Shown here: piece by piece, positions 56,861-62,851 of the stretch | How the letters are laid out: the number at the start of each line of letters is the position of its first letter | Position numbering within the stretch: the first letter of the stretch is position 1 | Assembly (NCBI GenBank): GCA_947631295.1 | Contig: CANRKU010000004.1 | Location: forward strand, 1-62,851 | DNA: 62,851 nucleotides | Reading direction: 5' to 3' | DNA from: an uncultured Bacilli bacterium | GTDB taxonomy: Bacteria; Bacillota_I; Bacilli_A; RF39; UBA660 | Program-made: the position numbers and the translations under genes | The notes under the pieces: generated by a model | Told to the model about the DNA's origin: nothing | What the model saw: the letters and a program-made list of their open reading frames with translations, nothing else | The model's database searches: none

Positions 56861-57448
56861 ATGAAACTAAAAAAGTTTAAAGAAAAATATTCAAAAAAAG
56901 CTTTAAAAAAGCCTGTAAAAAATAGAAAATTAGTAGATTATAAATGGATATCAATAGTCACCATTTTAGCCTTTTTTATTTCCCTAATCTTTTCTCTTTT
57001 TTCAGAAATTATTATTCCAAATGCCAATAGTATCATTGCGATAATCGTTATTTTACTATTTATTGGAATTGGAATTTTATTTGACATGGTTGGAATTGCG
57101 ATTACAGTAGCAGATATCAAAACTTTTAATTCAATGGCTACCAAGCAAGTAAGAGGAGCACGCCTAGCGGTTAAACTCATTCAAAATAATGAAAAAGCAT
57201 CTAGTTTTTGTAATGATGTGATAGGTGATATTTGTGGAATTATTAGTGGTTCAGCAGGAGTTGCCTTATCCAGCATTTTAGCAACAACCTTTCATTTAAA
57301 TCTTTTTGTAATTAGTTTATTAATCACTGCTATTATAGCAGCTTTAACAATTGGTGGAAAAGCAGTAGGTAAAGCAACGGCTATTAATAAAAGCACACCA
57401 ATACTCTTTGAATTTTCTAAAATAGTAGCTTGTTTTTACCGAAAATAA
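56861..57448 (+). CDS. oapA: Four-TM membrane protein with DxxxD motif, candidate OLE-associated protein A
   Basis: 195 aa (about 21 kDa) with a basic N-terminus and four predicted TM helices. The motif D-V-I-G-D (Asp codons 57215-57217 and 57227-57229) sits at the start of TM3. RBS GAGGA lies 8 nt upstream of the ATG, directly 3' of the structured RNA. Confidence 0.55.
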   Translation: MKLKKFKEKYSKKALKKPVKNRKLVDYKWISIVTILAFFISLIFSLFSEIIIPNANSIIAIIVILLFIGIGILFDMVGIAITVADIKTFNSMATKQVRGARLAVKLIQNNEKASSFCNDVIGDICGIISGSAGVALSSILATTFHLNLFVISLLITAIIAALTIGGKAVGKATAINKSTPILFEFSKIVACFYRK

Positions 57449-57519
57449 GTATCATATAATTATAAAATATAAGTCTCAAAAGGAAAAAAACTTTTTCATT
57501 AGAAAAGGTTTCTTTTTTA

Positions 57520-57549
57520 TTAGACAAAATTCTATTTTTTTGATATACT
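57520..57549 (+). promoter_or_regulatory. sigmaA-type promoter with extended -10
   Basis: TTAGAC (57520-57525), 18-nt spacer, TGaTATACT (57541-57549). Confidence 0.45.
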
Positions 57550-57573
57550 GTCATAAGAATAGGAGAATTGCAA

Positions 57574-58131
57574 ATGAAAAACAAAAAATTAGCAATGGTT
57601 GTTTTAATTGTTGGACTCATTTTCATTATTATGGGAATTACAATAGGTACTTACCTTTATATTGATAATCAAAATAAAGAAGATCAAAAGACAGAGGATA
57701 ATATTTTAAATAGTTATGATGTTTTTAAAAACAATATTGATATTTTTAATAATGAAAGAGCTACTTATTATGATAGTGTAGATAAAAACTTATTTCCAGA
57801 GTCTGTAGAAGAAGAATATGAAAATTGGATAGCAGTTTTAAATACTTATACGAATGCTATTGATGTAGTGGAAGAATCTTCTAAAGAATTAAAAGAACAG
57901 TGTGTAAATAAATACCATTCTAATGAAGATGTAAAAAATAAATGTGAATCTTTTGTGATTGCCTATGAAACAGTAGTAAATTATTATACAAAAGACATTA
58001 ATACTTTTAATCAAACAATCGAAAATTATTTAAATAGTAAATCAGAGGTCAAAGAAGGTATTAGTTTATATCAATTAAAATATGATTATACTGATATTAA
58101 CCTAGATGGAAAATTTATTGGTAAAGATTAA
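57574..58131 (+). CDS. Hypothetical N-terminally anchored extracellular protein
   Basis: ATG 57574 lies 7 nt after AGGAGA. One TM helix (LAMVVLIVGLIFIIMGITIGTYLYI) followed by a helical, Cys-containing ectodomain. No recognisable motif. Confidence 0.55.
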   Translation: MKNKKLAMVVLIVGLIFIIMGITIGTYLYIDNQNKEDQKTEDNILNSYDVFKNNIDIFNNERATYYDSVDKNLFPESVEEEYENWIAVLNTYTNAIDVVEESSKELKEQCVNKYHSNEDVKNKCESFVIAYETVVNYYTKDINTFNQTIENYLNSKSEVKEGISLYQLKYDYTDINLDGKFIGKD

Positions 58132-58143
58132 TGAGAGGTAATT

Positions 58144-59208
58144 ATGACAAATAAAAATAAAAAGAAGAAATTAAAAATGAATTTAAAATTAAAAAGAGTA
58201 TTTCTATTATTGTTTTCTTTAGGAATTATTGGCCTATCAACAGGATTATTTCTATTATATGGACCATTTACTTGGGTAAGAAATACTTTAATTACTACTG
58301 CTATGACTACTATGAGTCATCAATATTTAGCACAGTGGTTTTATTCGGATGAATATATTAATAAAATTTTAGCTGATAATTATATTTTAGAAACTAATGA
58401 AAATACAAATCCCAATTTAATTGATATGCCAGATTTTGATAGCAATACAAAATATGCTTCAAAGTATGAAAAAGATATTTTTGAAGGAGTAGATGAAAAT
58501 ACCATTTATAAGAAAATAGAAGTAAATGGTTCTGGATATGATGGGTATGTTATAGCTATTTATAAACCAGAAAAAGTAAAATTAGCAGTAAGTTCAAAAT
58601 TAGGAACAGAAGGAGAAACCCTAAAAACGATGGCTCAAAAAAATAATGCATTAATTACGATGAATGGTGGCGGTTTCTTTGATCCAACTTGGGCTGGAAA
58701 TGGTGGTATTCCTCATGGTACTGTCATTAAAGATGGTAGAATTTTATATGATTATACAGATGCTCAAGTAGGCGGAGGATTTATTGGCTTTGATAAAGAT
58801 AATAAACTAATTCTAGGTAGAATGACAAAAGAACAAGCAATAGCCAAAGGAATGCGTGATGGAATAGAATTTGGTCCATTCTTAATTGTAAATGGAAAAC
58901 CATCCTTTATTAAAGGTGATGGTGGTTGGGGAATTGCTCCACGTAGTGCCATTGGTCAAAGAGCAGATGGAATTGTTTTATTTGTTGTCATTAATGGTAG
59001 AAATTATAAAAAAGGAATTTTAGGAATTGATATGGTTGGATTAACCGAATTAATGCAAAACTATGGTGCTGTTAATGCTGCTAACTTAGATGGTGGTACT
59101 TCATCTGCTTTACTAGAAGGACAAGAATTAATTAATAATCCAATTTCCTCATCTGGTAATCAAGGAGTTTTAAGAAGAATACCTACTGCATGGATTGTAA
59201 CAGAGTAA
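58144..59208 (+). CDS. Phosphodiester glycosidase family protein (DUF2233/NAGPA-like)
   Basis: 354 aa with an N-terminal TM anchor. Conserved blocks: MNGGGF, GFIGFD, EFGPFLIVNG, PRSAIGQRADG and AANLDGGTSS. Confidence 0.8.
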   Translation: MTNKNKKKKLKMNLKLKRVFLLLFSLGIIGLSTGLFLLYGPFTWVRNTLITTAMTTMSHQYLAQWFYSDEYINKILADNYILETNENTNPNLIDMPDFDSNTKYASKYEKDIFEGVDENTIYKKIEVNGSGYDGYVIAIYKPEKVKLAVSSKLGTEGETLKTMAQKNNALITMNGGGFFDPTWAGNGGIPHGTVIKDGRILYDYTDAQVGGGFIGFDKDNKLILGRMTKEQAIAKGMRDGIEFGPFLIVNGKPSFIKGDGGWGIAPRSAIGQRADGIVLFVVINGRNYKKGILGIDMVGLTELMQNYGAVNAANLDGGTSSALLEGQELINNPISSSGNQGVLRRIPTAWIVTE

Positions 59209-59210
59209 TA

Positions 59211-59245
59211 AAAGAAAAATACAAAAGTTATTTTTCTTTTTTTTT
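59211..59245 (+). terminator. AU-rich intrinsic terminator
   Basis: AAAGAAAAATA (59211-59221) / CAAAAGT / TATTTTTCTTT (59229-59239) followed by a T run. Confidence 0.45.
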
Positions 59246-59305
59246 CGTTATTTTTGGTATATAATGAAAGTATAATATAAAGATCATTAAAGGAATGTGA
59301 TAAAT

Positions 59306-62300
59306 ATGAAATATAAAATCATGGATGGTAATGAAGCATGTAGTCATGTTTCCTATAATTTTACAGAAGTAGCAGGAATTTATCCTATTACTCCTTCTTC
59401 ACCTATGGCAGAACTAACAGATCAGTGGGCATCTAATGGAAAATTAAATTATTTTGGTAGTCCTGTTCGTGTTGTAGAAATGCAATCAGAAGCAGGAGCT
59501 GCAGGAATGATACATGGATCTTTACAGGAAGGATGTCTAACAACTACTTATACAGCTAGTCAAGGATTATTATTAATGATTCCCAATATGTATAAAATAG
59601 CAGGAGAACTATTACCATGTGTAATTAACGTAGCAGCTAGAAGTATTGCAACTCATGCTTTATCCATTTTAGGAGATCACCAAGATATATATGCAACCCG
59701 TATGACAGGTTTTGCTCTTCTGGCATCATCTTCTGTACAACAAGTAATGGATTTAACAGGAATAGCACATTTAAGTGCTATTAAAGGACGAGTACCATTT
59801 ATTAATTTTTTTGATGGCTTTCGAACAAGTCATGAACTTCAAAAAGTTAGATTAATAGATACCGATAAACTAAAAGATTTAATTGATATGGATGCATTAG
59901 AGAAATTTAGAAATAAAGCTTTAAATCCAGATCATCCTAAAACTAGAGGAACAACTCAAAATGATGATATCTATTTTCAAATGACAGAGGTAAGGAATCG
60001 TTATTATGAAAACCTTCCTGATATTGTTAATGACTATATGAAAGAAATTAATAAAATCACAAATGAAGATTATAAACCATTTAACTATTATGGAAGTAAA
60101 ACCGCAACACGTATTATAGTAGCAATGGGTTCTGTTTGTGAAACAATTCGTGAAGTAGTAGATACTTTAAATGAACAAAAAGAAGACGTAGGATTAATAG
60201 AAGTTCATTTATATCGTCCTTTTTCAGAAAAATATCTATTAGATGTTCTACCAGTAAGTGTAGAAAAAATCGCAGTACTAGATAGAACCAAAGAACCTGG
60301 AAGTCAGGGAGAACCTCTTTATTTAGATGTAGTTAGTGTTGTGAACCATAGTAATCGTAATATTCAAGTTATTGGTGGTAGATATGGATTATCAAGTAAG
60401 AATACTACACCAAGTGATATTAAAGCTGTTTATGACTATTTAAATCAAAAAAACTGTGAACATGATTTTACGATTGGAATAGAAGATGATGTTACTAATA
60501 AAAGCTTAAAACCATCCCCAATTACTATGAAAAATAGCCCAATTGAATTTTTAATATATGGATATGGTTCTGATGGTATGGTAAGTGCTTGTAAAGATGT
60601 TATGAAAATAACTGGAAATTATACCAATGCTTATGTACAAGGATATTTTCAATATGATTCTAAAAAATCAGGAGGAGTTACCAAATCTCATTTAAGATTT
60701 AGTAAAGAAAAAATTCATTCTACTTATTATGTAGAACATCCAAGTCTAGTAATGTGTACCAAAGAATCCTACTTAAAGAATTTTAAGATGTTAGATGGAA
60801 TAAAGAAAAATGGCATTTTTATTTTAAATACAGAAAAAAATGAAGAAGAAATATTAACAGAATTAAATCCACATGACTACAATATTTTAGTAGAAAGAAA
60901 TATTAAGTTTTATACGATTGATGCTTTCAAATTAGCAAAAGAGGTTGGGTTAGATCATAAGATTAGCTCTATTATGGAAACAGTATTATTTTCCGTTGGT
61001 CATATCATGGACTTTGACTTTGCGATTGGAAAAATGAAAGAGGATTTAGAAAAGAAATTTGCGAATAAAGGAAATGATATTGCAGGTAAAAATATCGAAG
61101 CCATGGAAAAAGCCTTAGAATATCTAAAATTAATAGATTTACCACAAGTAGAACAAGAAGAAAATGAAATAGAAACGGATCAAAATATTTTTGGGGTTAT
61201 CTCTAGTGGTAGAGGAGATAGTCTAAAAGTAAGTGATTTCTTAGCTTATGAAGATGGTACCTTTGATCCAGGATTATCCAGAGAAGAAAAAAGAAATATA
61301 TCAGATATTGGACCAAAATATATTCCTGAAAATTGTATTCAATGTAATATGTGTTCCTTTGTTTGTCCACATGCTGTTATCCGTCCATTTTTATTAAATG
61401 AGGAAGAAGTAAAGAATGCACCAGAATCTTTAAAAGAAGATTTATTAGATGCTAATATCAAAGGAGAAAACTTAAAATATACAATCGGAATTAGTTTACC
61501 AGATTGTACTGGATGTAAATTATGTGTAAATATTTGTCCAGGCAAAAAAGGTCAAAAAGCTCTATTTGTAGAAAAAATGGATGAATTAAAGAAGAAAAAA
61601 GGAGATGCTTACGAATATTTATTTCAAAAAGTATCAGAGAAAAAAGTAATGCCAATAACGACTGTAAAGGGTAGTCAATTTGTAAGACCTAAATTCGAGT
61701 TTTCAGGAGCATGTGCTGGTTGTGGAGAAACACCTTATTTAAAACTTTTAACACAATTATTTCAGGATCGTTTAATGATTAGTAATGCAACAGGATGTTC
61801 TTCCATCTATTCAGCATCACTACCAACAACAGCTTATTCTGTACCATGGGCTAATTCTTTATTTGAAGATAATGCAGAATATGGTTATGGAATGAAAATA
61901 GCAGATAAAACCATGAAAACAAGAATACTAAAAATCATTGAAGAAAATCTAGAACAAGTAACAGAAGAAGAAAAAGAAATCTATGAAAACTATTTAAAAG
62001 AAATTACGAAAGATTCAGCAGAAGCTTTATATCAAGTAATAGATCATACGAATATTTCTGAATTAAAACCATTAAAAGATTACATAAAACCAAAATCTAT
62101 CTGGATTGTTGGTGGAGATGGTTGGGCTTATGATATTGGTTTTTCAGGTATTGACCATGTTTTATCTAATTATGAAAATATTAATATTTTAGTTTTGGAT
62201 ACAGAAGTATATTCTAATACAGGAGGTCAATCTTCGAAATCTAGTAAGGTGGGAAGTATTGCGAAATTTACTGCCAAAGGAAAAGAAGTAGCTAAAAAAG

Positions 62301-62755
62301 ATTTAGCGAAAATGGCTTTAACTTATCCACATGTATATGTAGGAAGTGTAGCTTTAGGAGCCAATATGCAACATACCTTAAATATTTTAAAAGAAGCCGA
62401 AAGTTATAATGGACCATCCATTGTTTTAGCTTATGCTCCATGTATTAGCCAAGGAATTTTAACAGGAATGGAATCAACCATTCAAGAGGAGAAAAAAGCG
62501 GTAGAAACGGGATACTATCCATTATTCCACTATAATCCAGAAACAAAAGAGTTTAAACTAGATGCTAAACCTGATTTTAGTAGGTATTTTGAATTTATTG
62601 CTGGTGAAGATCGTTATCGCATGTTAAAAAAGATTAATCCAGAAAAATATCATGAATTATTAGAACAGAATCGAATCAATGCCATTGAACGTTATAATTA
62701 CTATGTACAATTAGAAGAACAATATGAAAATAGAAAAAAGGAAGAAAGTGATTAA
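59306..62755 (+). CDS. nifJ: Pyruvate:ferredoxin (flavodoxin) oxidoreductase
   Basis: About 1150 aa single-chain PFOR. Two ferredoxin-type motifs, CIQCNMCSFVCP and CTGCKLCVNICP. TPP-binding GGDGWAYDIG...LDTEVYSNTGGQ. Start taken at ATG 59306. Confidence 0.95.
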   Translation: MKYKIMDGNEACSHVSYNFTEVAGIYPITPSSPMAELTDQWASNGKLNYFGSPVRVVEMQSEAGAAGMIHGSLQEGCLTTTYTASQGLLLMIPNMYKIAGELLPCVINVAARSIATHALSILGDHQDIYATRMTGFALLASSSVQQVMDLTGIAHLSAIKGRVPFINFFDGFRTSHELQKVRLIDTDKLKDLIDMDALEKFRNKALNPDHPKTRGTTQNDDIYFQMTEVRNRYYENLPDIVNDYMKEINKITNEDYKPFNYYGSKTATRIIVAMGSVCETIREVVDTLNEQKEDVGLIEVHLYRPFSEKYLLDVLPVSVEKIAVLDRTKEPGSQGEPLYLDVVSVVNHSNRNIQVIGGRYGLSSKNTTPSDIKAVYDYLNQKNCEHDFTIGIEDDVTNKSLKPSPITMKNSPIEFLIYGYGSDGMVSACKDVMKITGNYTNAYVQGYFQYDSKKSGGVTKSHLRFSKEKIHSTYYVEHPSLVMCTKESYLKNFKMLDGIKKNGIFILNTEKNEEEILTELNPHDYNILVERNIKFYTIDAFKLAKEVGLDHKISSIMETVLFSVGHIMDFDFAIGKMKEDLEKKFANKGNDIAGKNIEAMEKALEYLKLIDLPQVEQEENEIETDQNIFGVISSGRGDSLKVSDFLAYEDGTFDPGLSREEKRNISDIGPKYIPENCIQCNMCSFVCPHAVIRPFLLNEEEVKNAPESLKEDLLDANIKGENLKYTIGISLPDCTGCKLCVNICPGKKGQKALFVEKMDELKKKKGDAYEYLFQKVSEKKVMPITTVKGSQFVRPKFEFSGACAGCGETPYLKLLTQLFQDRLMISNATGCSSIYSASLPTTAYSVPWANSLFEDNAEYGYGMKIADKTMKTRILKIIEENLEQVTEEEKEIYENYLKEITKDSAEALYQVIDHTNISELKPLKDYIKPKSIWIVGGDGWAYDIGFSGIDHVLSNYENINILVLDTEVYSNTGGQSSKSSKVGSIAKFTAKGKEVAKKDLAKMALTYPHVYVGSVALGANMQHTLNILKEAESYNGPSIVLAYAPCISQGILTGMESTIQEEKKAVETGYYPLFHYNPETKEFKLDAKPDFSRYFEFIAGEDRYRMLKKINPEKYHELLEQNRINAIERYNYYVQLEEQYENRKKEESD

Positions 62756-62768
62756 TTCTTCCTTTTTG
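62738..62768 (+). terminator. Intrinsic terminator after nifJ
   Basis: AAGGAAGAA (62738-62746) pairs with TTCTTCCTT (62756-62764), then TTT. Overlaps the stop codon. Confidence 0.5.
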
Positions 62769-62851
62769 TGTTTTTAGGTTCAATGTCAAGTAGTGTTGGT
62801 GAAACCAAAAACTAATGATAAATGAACTATATAGAGAGCTAAAAATTTTAG

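Noticed and set aside
2129-61545. Short ORFs (61-104 aa) from the six-frame track lying antisense to, or out of frame within, longer genes: 2129-2443, 2683-2868, 6072-6326, 20896-21126, 23248-23460, 24406-24663, 27904-28092, 28581-28832, 29030-29227, 29352-29537, 31036-31260, 34326-34556, 34984-35196, 49516-49701, 50444-50701, 52346-52624, 56938-57180, 57417-57626, 58764-58952, 61339-61545.
   Set aside because: Each is fully or largely embedded in a longer ORF that carries clear family motifs. They have low-complexity or odd composition, no RBS, and are the expected shadow frames of AT-rich coding DNA.
1-62851. Search for mobile elements, prophage, CRISPR-Cas, restriction-modification, toxin-antitoxin or other defence systems, tRNA and rRNA genes.
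   Set aside because: No transposase, integrase, recombinase, Cas, methyltransferase-nuclease pair, terminal inverted repeats or regularly spaced repeats were recognisable. No tRNA-like cloverleaf (GTTCGAATC-type T-arm) appears in any intergenic region. Absence is by eye only.

Overview
62.85-kb chromosomal window from a visibly very AT-rich, low-GC Gram-positive bacterium (Bacillota). N/K/I-rich proteins and gene content suggest an Erysipelotrichia- or Clostridia-like anaerobe, but the taxon cannot be proven from the sequence. All calls rest on motif and domain recognition by eye; no database search was run.

Layout:
(i) 0.1-11.6 kb is a housekeeping block: typA, lspA-rluD, a rhomboid protease, an orphan pseudopilin, then the Bacillus-type syntenic run ireB(yrzL)-ruvX(yrrK)-DUF1292(yrzB)-mltG(yrrL)-trmR(yrrM)-U32(yrrN)-U32(yrrO).
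(ii) 11.6-14.8 kb (minus strand) holds a tiny Gly/Tyr-rich membrane peptide and a three-gene BcrA/HgdC-type activase plus dehydratase-like operon of unknown substrate.
(iii) 15-25.5 kb encodes cell-envelope proteins: an 872-aa secreted glycine-rich protein with an ALK/LTK-type glycine-rich domain, an LCP ligase, a dockerin-bearing glucosaminidase, a cadherin-like membrane protein, a DUF305 protein and a six-PASTA membrane protein.
(iv) 25.7-48.7 kb is a roughly 23-kb, almost gap-free plus-strand cell-wall glycopolymer locus. It contains many GT2/GT4 enzymes, a Wzm/Wzt-type ABC exporter, a Wzy/ligase-like protein, an aminotransferase plus acetyltransferase pair, two polyprenyl-phosphate-sugar decoration modules and an Alg14/Alg13 pair. 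A thioester-domain adhesin and a sortase are embedded in it.
(v) 48.7-55.6 kb carries a Nudix hydrolase, an AMP-dependent ligase, an orphan hybrid histidine kinase and an HExxH membrane protein.
(vi) 55.6-57.4 kb is the most interesting region. It is a 1.2-kb ORF-free gap containing a promoter-driven, GC-enriched, hairpin-rich RNA of about 570 nt. Directly downstream is a four-TM DxxxD protein. This is a candidate OLE RNA/OapA-type ribonucleoprotein locus in an atypical genomic context.
(vii) 57.5-62.8 kb encodes a membrane protein, a phosphodiester glycosidase and pyruvate:ferredoxin oxidoreductase.

No rRNA, tRNA, CRISPR array, transposase, integrase or recognisable defence genes were seen.
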